Translations under genes and position numbers: made by a program
In this document: positions 1 through 9,493 of the stretch, in pieces
How positions within the stretch are numbered: the first letter of the stretch is position 1
How the letters are laid out: each line of letters starts with the position of its first letter
The notes under the pieces: generated by a model
Seen by the model: the letters and a program-made list of their open reading frames with translations, nothing else
Told to the model about the DNA's origin: nothing
Databases searched by the model: none
Assembly (NCBI GenBank): GCA_963764625.1
Contig: CAVXTH010000005.1
Location: forward strand, 64,001 to 128,000
Reading direction: 5' to 3'
DNA length: 64,000 nucleotides
Origin: Candidatus Krumholzibacteriota bacterium
GTDB taxonomy: Bacteria; Krumholzibacteriota; Krumholzibacteriia; JAJRXK01

Positions 1-240
1 GGACTCGCTGAAGCGCCGATCGCGGGAAAGAAGCGTGTGCACCAAGAGCGGAAAAACCGATTCCTCGAGCTTGGGCTTGAACAGAACCCGGGCCAATTCC
101 TCGCTGCCGACCGGTCGATTGACCCTCATGAAGTACTCGTGCGCACGAGTTCTCAGGCTCTCCAGGTTTTCCTTGCGCAATGGGGTGTGAGCATCCACCT
201 CGAGCTCCGATGCACTTCCAATGGGGCAGAATCTCCTTTG

Positions 241-249
241 ATTCTACCA
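241..249 (-). promoter_or_regulatory. Possible extended -10 promoter (TGGTAGAAT) directed toward the left window edge
   Basis: Minus strand reads TG-G-TAGAAT in the non-coding stretch below the 303 stop; no clear -35; target gene would run off the window. Confidence 0.3.
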
Positions 250-302
250 CAAACCGAGCACCGAGTGGTTGCTGTCGCGTGGAATCGAGTCGCTCGTGTG
301 AG

Positions 303-1070
303 TCAATCAGAGCCCAAGAGCTTCTGGACGCTCGACGGGATGCCGCTGGGAGAGGGCTTGCGCCCGAAGTCCACACACACGAGTTCGTCCTCGGTCAGCA
401 GCGGAGGCGGAGAGCCCGGTTGCGCCTCGGCAGGAGCAAGCTCGGTATCCACCTTGGAACGCAAGAGTCCGAAGATGGGCACCGCGGAGGAGATCTGGGC
501 CACCGCCACCGCCTGATTGCGGTACACCATGTCGCCGCGTCCCATCCTCACTCTCACTTCCCGGACTTCCTCCAGACGCACTTCCTCACGCGCGATCGTT
601 CTTTCGGAGATGAGGGTGTCCGGCAGGGCCTGACGCTCGACGGTGGGATTTTCGAAGAGGTCCTGAAAATGCCGTTTCAAAAGACGGTTGGTCTTCAGGT
701 TCTGAAGGTCTTGCTCCTCTACCGCCTCGCCGGGGAGAATCTTGAACACTCTGCGCAATCCGTCGAGGAGATCTCCCTGCCGCAGCGTGTCCAGGGGAGC
801 CACGAGCAAGACGTACGATTCCGCCTCATCCAAGAACTTCAACCCGATCCAGTGTTCCCCCTCGTCGGTCGCGGCGAGGACCTCGCAGCGGAGGCTCTCC
901 TTGGTCTGCTGACCCTCGGCCGTCTCGGTGCTCTGAAATTCCGCCCACGATCCCGGGCGAAGGTCGAGTTCGATGAGACCGCGGTGCCACCAGGAGAAGA
1001 TTTCCTGGGCGCGGCAGGGGCTAGCGCCGGCCAGAACGAAAAGCAGGAGAGTGGTTAGGACCCAGCGCAT
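303..1070 (-). CDS. Hypothetical exported protein
   Basis: ATG at 1070 gives a signal-peptide-like MRWVLTTLLLFVLAGASPCRA; the upstream part of ORF 303..1490 overlaps the cytochrome gene and is not used. Confidence 0.7.
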   Translation of the reverse strand: MRWVLTTLLLFVLAGASPCRAQEIFSWWHRGLIELDLRPGSWAEFQSTETAEGQQTKESLRCEVLAATDEGEHWIGLKFLDEAESYVLLVAPLDTLRQGDLLDGLRRVFKILPGEAVEEQDLQNLKTNRLLKRHFQDLFENPTVERQALPDTLISERTIAREEVRLEEVREVRVRMGRGDMVYRNQAVAVAQISSAVPIFGLLRSKVDTELAPAEAQPGSPPPLLTEDELVCVDFGRKPSPSGIPSSVQKLLGSD

Positions 1071-1156
1071 CGTCGATCGTTTTCCCCCCAAGAGCGAAAC
1101 GAACGCCCGGAGAGCCGAGTCTCCGGGCGTGGAAAGGGAAAGCACCCGTCGATTCC

Positions 1157-2518
1157 TCAGTGGGCGATGCGTGCCCAGTAGGTGTCGTAATCGAAGCTGG
1201 GATCGAATTCCGGGGTGTGACACTTCGTACAAGACTCCTTGGCCTGCTTTACCCACTCCCCATCGCGCGCGTGCATGCTGCCGTAGCCGTGGCAGGCCTC
1301 GCACTGGACGTTGAAGAGCGTGTTCCGCCCGTTGGCGGACACCGCGGGATCGAATCCGTTGTAGTAGTCCCATCCCGTCACGTGACAGCCCACGCATTCG
1401 GGATTGCTGGTCTGTCCCTTGGCCACCAGGGTCTGCCAGGCCTTGGCGTGCCCCGTATCCTGAAAGCTGGTGAAGATCGCCTTGTGGCAATTGCTGCAGC
1501 GCATCGTACCCAGGTACATCTCGCTCGTTTCCCCTTTGTCGGGACGGGGGCTGAGCTGGGAATGCTGGGACAACTTCTCGTTCGACTTGAGGAAGGTGTC
1601 GACCTCGGCCTGGACCTCCGCGATCTCCGGCGCCTGCAATCCGAGTTCGTGCAGAGTCAGAACCGCATCCTGGATGACACCCTTTGGAGTGACTTCCAGA
1701 TCGAGCTGACCCAGGTACTTGCCCTGGGGGTTGGCGGACACCAGGTAGATGTCGCCCACGCGGTTCAGGCGGCGGTACTCGCGCAGATCCGCGCCCTCGA
1801 CGCAGATATCGATGCCCGAACCCGAGCCGAGGTCGGTTAGCAGCTCGCGCGTGTCACGGGTGGACGCAGCCGAGAGCAGGATGATGAGATCACTCTTCTT
1901 CCTGAGTTCGGGCAGATACTTGTCCAGCGCGTCGCGAGGAGAGTCGATCACGAACTTGTCCACGTGCGCCGACATGGTGGTGATCGTGTAGCTCTGTCCG
2001 AGGACGGAGATGATCCCGATCCTGAGTCCGCCTTTTTTCACCACGGCGTAAGGATCGAAGAGTAGCTTACCGCCCTCGCCGCCCCGCAGATTGGCCGAGA
2101 TGTAGTGGAGCTTGCGCTTCACCGCCTGCTCCTTGAGGAAACTGAGACCGTAGTTCAGATCCCACTGTCCCACCGCCAGCACCGGATAATCCAGCTGGGC
2201 CACGTGGTCGAGCAAGAAGAGCGTCTGGGCTTTCGCGGCATCCGTACGACGGCCGTACATGTTCCCCGCGTCGAGGTGGAGCACGTTGTCATGATTCTTG
2301 GCGATGTCCTGAAATATGGCGGCCCTCCGGGCCAACCCACCGAGCGGCTTGTGTTTTCACCCACACGGGGCGATTTCACCGTGGACCGCCCCTTCGAAGG
2401 TGAGAGTCAGATTGACCATGTTCTCCTCGGCTTGCGACGCGGATCGAAGCGTCAGCACGCCGAGCGCCGCGGCGAGCGCAACGAGAAAGCTCGTTGCCCT
2501 CAGGGTGACTCGATGCAT
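1157..2518 (-). CDS. Selenoprotein: degenerate UshA/5'-nucleotidase-like domain (CGU motif) fused to a tetraheme cytochrome c (c554-like)
   Basis: ORFs 2357..2692 and 1157..2335 are in one frame separated only by TGA (2357-2359): HGEIAPCG-U-KHKPLGGLARRA. GGAGG RBS before ATG 2518, signal peptide, four CxxCH motifs (CSNCH, CVGCH, CEACH, CTKCH). Confidence 0.85.
2318..2337 (-). promoter_or_regulatory. Putative bacterial SECIS hairpin
   Basis: GGUUGGCCC-GGA-GGGCCGCC stem-loop with a G-rich apical loop starting 28 nt after the in-frame UGA. Confidence 0.65.
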
Positions 2519-2701
2519 TTCCATCCTCCACGGGGAGTACAAAAGGGGCCCATACTTGCGCGGGTGAGCCGTCATGATACCAAGAGAATACCGCTGACCG
2601 CAATCTCGGCCTTGGATTGCCCGCCGGCAGCTCCTTCTCCCGGCCAGGACACCCGCCCGGTTTGAATGCCTGGACCACGCGTCAGGTTCCAAAATAGACC
2701 A

Positions 2702-2728
2702 GGGCCCCCACCAGAGAGCGGGGGCCCC
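2702..2728 (-). terminator. GC-rich hairpin downstream of the HU gene (possible terminator)
   Basis: gggccccc...gggggccc inverted repeat about 55 nt after the HU stop; poor U-tract. Confidence 0.45.
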
Positions 2729-2782
2729 GTCAGGAATTGGACCTGGGGCTGGCTGGGGGCGGATCCAAGACCACGCGAGAGA

Positions 2783-3082
2783 CTACTTCCTCTTGTTCAC
2801 GTGATCCTTCAGAGCACGGCCCGCGCTGAATGCGGGAACGCGGCTCGCGGGAATGGCGATGGTGGCACCCGTCTGCGGGTTGCGACCCATCCGCTTCTTC
2901 CGCTTGCGGCTCTCGAAAGTGCCAAAACCCGTGATCTGGACCTTGCGGCCCCGGGTCAGCTCGGAAGCGATGATTCCCCTCTTCGGATCGGTGTCGAAGA
3001 GCATGTCGATAATCGCCTTGGCCTGACGGCCAGAGAGCTCGGACTTCGTCGCGAGCTTCGCGGTCAATTCGGTCTTGTTCAT
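2783..3082 (-). CDS. hup: DNA-binding protein HU
   Basis: MNKTEL start, VQITGFGTF and GRNPQTG motifs; AGGAGG RBS; TTGACA at 3132-3137 upstream. Confidence 0.93.
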   Translation of the reverse strand: MNKTELTAKLATKSELSGRQAKAIIDMLFDTDPKRGIIASELTRGRKVQITGFGTFESRKRKKRMGRNPQTGATIAIPASRVPAFSAGRALKDHVNKRK

Positions 3083-3271
3083 GGAACAGACCTCCTTTCT
3101 TGAATTCCCAATAGACCCTATGGTGGGATCCTGTCAACGCAAAATGTCGAAAATGCGGCGGATTTCCGCGGCTCTCGAATCGGGCGAACGCTCCGAACCA
3201 GAGCTTCAGGATCCTCAGCTCAGCCAGCGAGCTCGTGTCCAGCTGACGGGCCGCAGCCGACGGAGGGGAAG

Positions 3272-6200
3272 CTAAAACGACCCGACCTGTCCGAAGTAGC
3301 CGCCGAGACTCTGGTTGCCCCGTTGAATCTTCAAGTCGGGGATGCTCCGCAGGTAGATGCGGAAAGAGAAGTCGGAGGAGTTGGTGACCGAGCGGCGGAA
3401 CTCGATGCGCCACTGGTGGATATCGCGACTCAGACTGTAGCTCTGGTTGGTGAAATTTCCGGTCTCCACGTCGAAGTTGGCCGAGTAATCCAGATTCCAG
3501 GAGATGGGCAGGATCGCGCTCATCCGGGTGGAGATGGTGGCACGAGTGGGACTGTTGCGGCCGTTGGTGATACTCGCGCGGGCGTTGAAATTCCAGGGCA
3601 TGGTGTTGTCTTTGCTGCTCCGCTTCAGCTCCTGTCCCCCCGTCTGTCCAAACCAACTCTCGTCCTCGCGCGAGGTGGCCAGAGTGTCCGCTGGTTCTCC
3701 GATGCGCTCCACCACCGCGTTCTTGGGCTCCTTTCGCTCCAGGAACAACCCGCCAAAATCCATCTTTCCGTCCAGCCGCAGGTTGGTGCTCACGGTGGTG
3801 GAGAGCACCTGAAAGCGATAGGGATCGATGGACTGGTTCATGGTGAAATCGACGGCGCGCGTGAAGCCGGGGCTCAGACGCACCGTGGATCCGATGTTGT
3901 CCCAATTCTGGCCGGCAGGATCGTCGGGCCGGTAGCTGGTGGAGAGATCCCAGGTGAGCAGGCGTTCGAGCTTGCGCATTTCCTCCTTTTGGCCGGTCCC
4001 CTCGTCGCTCACGAGCTCTGATTCCGGGGATCCGGCGACGGCTTTATTCGTGCCGGAGACGCCCGACCGGTCGGCGCTCGGGTGCACGGCGTACTTGAAG
4101 CTCAGCTCGTTGCCCACTCTAATGCCGATGCTCTGACTTGCGCTCTGCTTGTCGCCGAGCTGCGGCCGCCACGAGTGACTCACCGCGAGCGAGAATTTGT
4201 GCTTCACGCCGCGCAGCGCCCCCAGGTGAGTGTCGAAGATCCCGTAGAGGTTCGTGCTCAGAGAATTGCGCCAGGACAGGCTCGGCGTGGTGCCCTCTTC
4301 CAGTTTGTCAGTTTCCGAGTCCAGCTCGTAGACCTCTTGGGTCTGGACATTGCCGTCGCCGTCGAGGATGGGGTTGCCGCTGCCGTCCTTGAGAGTGTCG
4401 GTGCGCGCTAGGTAGGTCTGCGAGAAGGTCGTGCGCCGGGAGTAGGCTTCCGCGAAACTCCCCGAGGAAGTCAAATTGAACGGCCCCAGGCGATACTGGG
4501 GGTTGTAGCTCAGGCCCCAGTTTCCCGAGGCGCTCAACTCGTCCACTCGACCGATCTCGTGCCTCTCGCGTTGGACGTCGCCCCGGTAGCTCTGGCTGAA
4601 GGTCATGTCTCTCAGGAGCTGCGCGGGGGCGCTCCCCTCGCCGCGCCGGCGCGCGGGCCCCAAGAGAGGCCGGCTCTTGAAGCTCAGACTCACGCTGGGA
4701 AGGGTCTGGCGGTAAATGAGATGGTCGGTGGTGGGATCGTCGTCCTCGGCGTTCACGTACTGGGTACGGGTGCCCGAGAGGTTGAGTCTCGCCCCCGACT
4801 CGAACCCGCGGCTCAGGCTCAGATTGCTGCGCAACTCGGTGGGCAGAAGATCGGCCGAATTGCCAGTGATGGGATCGACGTTGGTGATGGTGTTGGACGT
4901 GAGGTTCAGATTCGACGTGAGATTCCAGGCGTCGAAGAGCTCGGGCTGGCGGTGGTTGGCGAGAAATTTCCACTCCTTGCCCTTCTGATTCTGCTTGAGA
5001 GTGGTGGTCCAGGTGAACTCCACGTCGCCGCTGTACTTATACCTTAGGTTGTAGCGATTGCGAATCTGCAGCGAGAGGTCCCTCCTCTCGTTGAAAGCCC
5101 CCTTGAATGTGAAGTCGGTGTACTCGTTCGTGGCCCAGTAGTAACCCAGATCGCGAATGTAGCGGCCTTCGCGTCCACTCACTCCCAGGTTCACGTTGGG
5201 AAACATGATCCCCGAGTGGCGGCCGGAGTCGATCTTCTTGAAGAAGAAGGGAAAGGCGAAGACGGGCAGATCGCTGATGTAGAAGGTGACCTGCCGCGCC
5301 ACCACGCTCTTGCCGATCTTCACTTTCATCTTCTTCGCGGAGAAGTGGTAGTGGGGGTGCTCGAGATCGCACGAGGTGAACATCCCTCCGCGCACCAGCA
5401 GGGTTTCGTCGTTCACGCGGCGCACGTGACGACCGTAGTAGAACCCGTCGTCATAGCGCGTGATTCCATGGTCCACCGCCCCAGTCTTGTAGTCGAAGAG
5501 ATAGCCCATCCTATCTCCCACCAGCTTGCTGCTCGTGTCGATGATCATGGGTTCACCCTCGGCGATCAGCTCCCTCTCGTTGGTGTCGAAGTCGATGGAC
5601 TTGGCAGTCAGAGTGAGGTCCTGGTGACTCACGAGCGCGGTGCCCTGGATCTTGATGCGACCCTTGGGAACCCAGAAAACGGTCGACTCGCCGGAGTACC
5701 CCACGGTGTCCGCCAGGTGGGAGAAATCGACGAGCCCATCTTGCAATTCGGGGCCCGTGGACTCTTCCTTCAACTTCAGGCTGTCCAGCTCCACCCCTTC
5801 CGCCTGGGCCAAACTGTCCAGGCGCGCGTGCCGCATCGCAGCGAGGGAATCGCGTTCGGCCCGAATGCGGAGCACGCGACTGCGGTCGAGGAAGTGGTAC
5901 TTTCCCTGACTCGAACCGGTGATGGTGACCCGCTCCACGCGCCCATTTGCGAAGGCGATCTCGATGGAATCCCCCTCGGCCTCGTTCACCGAGATCACGT
6001 CGGTCTGGTCCTCCGGCAAATAGACGCTCTGCGCGTGACCGCTCACGCTGGTACGCAGGACTTCGCCTTCCTTCAGATCGATGTACAGACTGTCCCCGTG
6101 AAGCTCGTTTGTCAGCGGGATGCCCTTGAACTGTGATTTGAGAGTGTCGGGGCTGGAGTCCACCAGACTGGCTTTCCCGAGGATCGCGATGTGCCGCAGT

Positions 6201-7156
6201 TCTCCCGACAGATAGCCGAAGCGAATCGTCGACCCGGTCATGACCTGATCTTCCTGCTTCACTCGGGGCGAACCCCTCAGAATCAGAAGATCCTCGCCGT
6301 AGAAATCCGCCGTGTCCGCGTCGGCGATGGTCTGACCCTGTTGAAAGTGCACCTCTCCGATCGCCCGGCTGTGCTCGTTCTGGGTATCGAAGCTCATCCA
6401 CTTGCTCTTCACTGCAGCGGTCGCGCCCTCTTGATGCCGGCTGCGCAGCGTGGGGAGCGAATCGACGTAGGCGTAGCCCGTGCCGCGTTCGAACACGGCG
6501 TGCTCCCCGGTCACCACGGTGTGCGCCTCCTCGTCGACGAGCTTCACCGCGCCGAAGGCCTTCAGGCGCTGGGCGGCGCGGTCGTAGAAAAGGCTGTCGC
6601 CATCGACCGTGGTGGTCGAATCGACGAGACGAGCCGAACCAACCAGAGCCATGGCGTCGCGATCCCGCCAGTAGATCCCGCGCTCGCCGGTGCCCTTCGA
6701 ACCGTCATTGGTGAGTAGGCGGACGTGGCCGTAGGCCCAACCCACGCCCTGGGTTTCCCCCACCCGCAAGGAATCGGCCCAGAGTTGGAGCGAGTCGGTG
6801 ATCGCGTGGACGTTTCCCACCACCCAGATGTAACGATCGCTCTCGTAGTAACGTGCGCGATCCGCCGTCACGTGGAGTTTGCCCTGCCTGAAATAGGCCT
6901 CGCCCACTCCGAAGAAGACGTACCCGTCGGAAGTGAGAAGTCGCCGTCCGCTCGCCGCGCCGTAGTACATGCGCTCGGCGGGCTTGGCCTTGGATGGGGT
7001 TTGGCTGGGGAGAGCGTTGGCGGCCAGGATCGCGGCCAGAGAGAGCACGCAGAAGAGCGCAAGCGTCCGTCGCCCGAACCTGAGGAATTGGGTCCTTGCC
7101 GGTGGCACACGAAATGAAGCCGAAAAGCGGCTCAAGTCAGGACTCCATCTCCCCAT
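3272..7156 (-). CDS. lptD: LPS assembly protein LptD with a long N-terminal OstA/LptA-like beta-jellyroll region
   Basis: FTSCDLEHPHYHF, LPVFAFPFF, RHSGIMFP and RDIHQW LptD-type motifs; OstA-like repeats in the N-terminal ~430 aa; start may be TTG at 7135. Confidence 0.82.
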   Translation of the reverse strand: MGRWSPDLSRFSASFRVPPARTQFLRFGRRTLALFCVLSLAAILAANALPSQTPSKAKPAERMYYGAASGRRLLTSDGYVFFGVGEAYFRQGKLHVTADRARYYESDRYIWVVGNVHAITDSLQLWADSLRVGETQGVGWAYGHVRLLTNDGSKGTGERGIYWRDRDAMALVGSARLVDSTTTVDGDSLFYDRAAQRLKAFGAVKLVDEEAHTVVTGEHAVFERGTGYAYVDSLPTLRSRHQEGATAAVKSKWMSFDTQNEHSRAIGEVHFQQGQTIADADTADFYGEDLLILRGSPRVKQEDQVMTGSTIRFGYLSGELRHIAILGKASLVDSSPDTLKSQFKGIPLTNELHGDSLYIDLKEGEVLRTSVSGHAQSVYLPEDQTDVISVNEAEGDSIEIAFANGRVERVTITGSSQGKYHFLDRSRVLRIRAERDSLAAMRHARLDSLAQAEGVELDSLKLKEESTGPELQDGLVDFSHLADTVGYSGESTVFWVPKGRIKIQGTALVSHQDLTLTAKSIDFDTNERELIAEGEPMIIDTSSKLVGDRMGYLFDYKTGAVDHGITRYDDGFYYGRHVRRVNDETLLVRGGMFTSCDLEHPHYHFSAKKMKVKIGKSVVARQVTFYISDLPVFAFPFFFKKIDSGRHSGIMFPNVNLGVSGREGRYIRDLGYYWATNEYTDFTFKGAFNERRDLSLQIRNRYNLRYKYSGDVEFTWTTTLKQNQKGKEWKFLANHRQPELFDAWNLTSNLNLTSNTITNVDPITGNSADLLPTELRSNLSLSRGFESGARLNLSGTRTQYVNAEDDDPTTDHLIYRQTLPSVSLSFKSRPLLGPARRRGEGSAPAQLLRDMTFSQSYRGDVQRERHEIGRVDELSASGNWGLSYNPQYRLGPFNLTSSGSFAEAYSRRTTFSQTYLARTDTLKDGSGNPILDGDGNVQTQEVYELDSETDKLEEGTTPSLSWRNSLSTNLYGIFDTHLGALRGVKHKFSLAVSHSWRPQLGDKQSASQSIGIRVGNELSFKYAVHPSADRSGVSGTNKAVAGSPESELVSDEGTGQKEEMRKLERLLTWDLSTSYRPDDPAGQNWDNIGSTVRLSPGFTRAVDFTMNQSIDPYRFQVLSTTVSTNLRLDGKMDFGGLFLERKEPKNAVVERIGEPADTLATSREDESWFGQTGGQELKRSSKDNTMPWNFNARASITNGRNSPTRATISTRMSAILPISWNLDYSANFDVETGNFTNQSYSLSRDIHQWRIEFRRSVTNSSDFSFRIYLRSIPDLKIQRGNQSLGGYFGQVGSF

Positions 7157-8114
7157 TTTCGGAGAGAGCGTGGCGTGCGAGCAGAGCCGCTCCGATCGCC
7201 GCCGCGGGAAGCCCCAGCTCGGCGGACACCATGCGCACCCCCTTCCGGGCGGCAGACATCGAGCGCTCTTTCATGCTCTTGCGCGCCGGCCCCAGCAGCG
7301 CGTCACCGCACAGGGCCGCTCCCCCTCCGATCACGATGACATCGGGGTTGAAGATGTTCACGTAGCTCGCGCAGACCAGACCCAGAAGACGTCCCACGTC
7401 GGCCAGGATGGACGAGCTGAGGGGGTCTCCTTTCGCGGCCGCGGCAGCAATCGCTCGCGTCGAAAGTTCGCCTTCGGCCCGGCAGGCGGAGAGAAGTGCT
7501 TCCTTCTGCTCGTCTTGCGCCGCGTCGAGCCGACTCCCGGCAAGAACGGCGATCCCCTTGCTTCCCAGATAGGCCTCCACATGACCGGGCTCTCCGCAGC
7601 TACATTCCGGGCCGTCGACCTGGACGGTCATATGTCCCAACTCCCCGGCCACCCCCCGAGTTCCCCGGTAGAGCTTGCCATCGATGAGAATCGCTCCTCC
7701 CACCCCGGTCCCCAGGGCGAGAAGGATCGCGTGGCGCGCGCCGCGCGCCGCACCCAGATAGAGTTCGCCGTAGCCCATGGCGTTCACGTCATTCTCCGCC
7801 ACCACCGCCAGACCCAAAAGACCCTCGGAGACCTCGTCCGCCACCCGCCAGGTGCGAAGCTCGGGCAGATTGGGAGCGTCTTCGAGAACCCCCTGGTCGG
7901 TCAAAAGACCGGCTACCGCCACCCCGGCCGCCAACGGAGCTTCGCTTTCGCGTAACCAGGGCATCACCGCGTCCTGGAGCCTCTTCACGAAGTCCGACGG
8001 TCCGGAGAGTTCTCCCGTGGCAAAGCTGCACTCGCGCCTCACTGCATTTTCCGCATCCAGGGCGACCACCTTGCAGCTGCTCCCGCCGATATCGATGCCG
8101 AGGACTTCACTCAC
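7137..8114 (-). CDS. ROK family sugar kinase (glucokinase-like)
   Basis: GIDIGGS, ENDVNA, LGTGVGG and AGELGH...CSCG ROK motifs; GTG start overlaps the folC stop. Confidence 0.9.
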   Translation of the reverse strand: MSEVLGIDIGGSSCKVVALDAENAVRRECSFATGELSGPSDFVKRLQDAVMPWLRESEAPLAAGVAVAGLLTDQGVLEDAPNLPELRTWRVADEVSEGLLGLAVVAENDVNAMGYGELYLGAARGARHAILLALGTGVGGAILIDGKLYRGTRGVAGELGHMTVQVDGPECSCGEPGHVEAYLGSKGIAVLAGSRLDAAQDEQKEALLSACRAEGELSTRAIAAAAAKGDPLSSSILADVGRLLGLVCASYVNIFNPDVIVIGGGAALCGDALLGPARKSMKERSMSAARKGVRMVSAELGLPAAAIGAALLARHALSENGEMES

Positions 8115-9493
8115 TCCTGAGCCTCCTGCTTCTGTTGCCTTGGGCGACGCCGAAGGGGTTTGCCTTCGTCCCACAGGCGGGGACGAGAACTTGCGTGGAT
8201 GTCGTCGACTCCGAGGCGATCGAGAGCCTCCGCCACCGTGAAGTTCGAACCGGTGAGTAGAATGGAGGGGGTTCCCCCCACCACACGGCGTTGCTTCGCC
8301 CACTCGCGCGCGTGGAGCAGACTCTCGCGCACGCTCCCTACTTGCAATACTTTCGAGTCCCCTCCTCCGGGCGCTGAGCTGAGCGCGCGGACGAGTTCGG
8401 CCGCGGGAAGGGAGCGATACCAGCTAGGCTCGGCGCAGAGAATCACCGCCGCGCTCCGACGGATCGTCGCCAGAACTCCGGCCAGCTTCTTGTCTCGCAT
8501 CACCCCGAGCACCAGCAATCGGTTCTCCTTCTTCCCCTCGTGGCCCCATTGGTGAAGGAGGCCCCTCAGGGCCGGCGTGTTGTGGGCGGTATCCACGATG
8601 AGCTCCGGCTCCTCTCCCACGACTTCGAAGCGATAGGGAAACCGGACTCGGGCGAGAGCGGCTTCGGTGTCGCCCCGGGGCCAACCGTAACGCGAACTCA
8701 GATCCTCATAACACGCTCTCACCACGGAGGCCAGCATGGCCTGATGCCGGCCACGTTGCGCCAGAGTTCCTTCGTAGGGAGAACAGCTTCCCAGGTCGAT
8801 CGCTTCGGCGCCGCGCTCGGCGAGAAAATCAAGAGCGAACGCGCGCAGATCTCGACTCATTGGCCCCAGGTAGAAGGGGCGGCCCCTCCTGGCGAGGCCC
8901 AGCTTCTCGCTGGCAATCTCGCGCAGGCTTTCCCCCAGAATGTGCTGATGATCCGCGCCCACCGAACAGAGCAGCGCGCCGAGCGCATCCACCGCGTTCG
9001 TCGCGTCCAGGCGTCCGCCCAATCCCGTCTCGAGCACGGCCAACTCCACTCCCTTGCGCGCGAAGTGACACAGAGACAGAGCCGTCATCGTCTCGAAGAA
9101 CGTGGCGCCTCGGGCGACGATCTTCTCTCGATGCTCCTCTAGCAGCGCGGCCAGCTCCGCGGTGGAAATCGGAACCCCGTCGACCAGCGCTCGCTCGTGG
9201 ATCTCGAGAATGTGCGGACTGGTGTAGAGGCCGGTCCGCATTCCCGCCGCCCGACTCAGAGCATCCAAGAGGATGGCTGCGGTTCCCTTGCCGTTGGTGC
9301 CCGCGATGACGATGCTCTGAAACTCCCTCTCGGGATGACCCATGTCCTGCAGCAGTGCCTTGATGGACGACAGTCCGAGGCGCATCCCCAAGCGGTGCAG
9401 ACCAAAAAGCCATCGCGCGGCCGGGTCGGTGGCACGAAATGGAGGGAGCAGTGCGTCGAGATCGAGGGATTCAGGAATGGGCTCCGGCCCCAT
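8111..9493 (-). CDS. folC: Folylpolyglutamate synthase/dihydrofolate synthase
   Basis: IAGTNGKG, YTSPH, ETGLGGRLDATN and DTAHN motifs. Confidence 0.92.
   Translation of the reverse strand: MGPEPIPESLDLDALLPPFRATDPAARWLFGLHRLGMRLGLSSIKALLQDMGHPEREFQSIVIAGTNGKGTAAILLDALSRAAGMRTGLYTSPHILEIHERALVDGVPISTAELAALLEEHREKIVARGATFFETMTALSLCHFARKGVELAVLETGLGGRLDATNAVDALGALLCSVGADHQHILGESLREIASEKLGLARRGRPFYLGPMSRDLRAFALDFLAERGAEAIDLGSCSPYEGTLAQRGRHQAMLASVVRACYEDLSSRYGWPRGDTEAALARVRFPYRFEVVGEEPELIVDTAHNTPALRGLLHQWGHEGKKENRLLVLGVMRDKKLAGVLATIRRSAAVILCAEPSWYRSLPAAELVRALSSAPGGGDSKVLQVGSVRESLLHAREWAKQRRVVGGTPSILLTGSNFTVAEALDRLGVDDIHASSRPRLWDEGKPLRRRPRQQKQEAQE

Noticed and set aside
1-129. Possible 5' end of a minus-strand gene (ATG at 129) running off the window
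   Set aside because: Too short and without motifs to support a call
37-1058. Plus-strand ORFs 37..516 and 180..1058
   Set aside because: Antisense shadows of the minus-strand gene; no recognisable motifs, typical of high-GC DNA
2357-2692. 111-aa ORF as an independent small gene or pseudogene fragment
   Set aside because: It is the in-frame N-terminus of the selenoprotein upstream of the UGA
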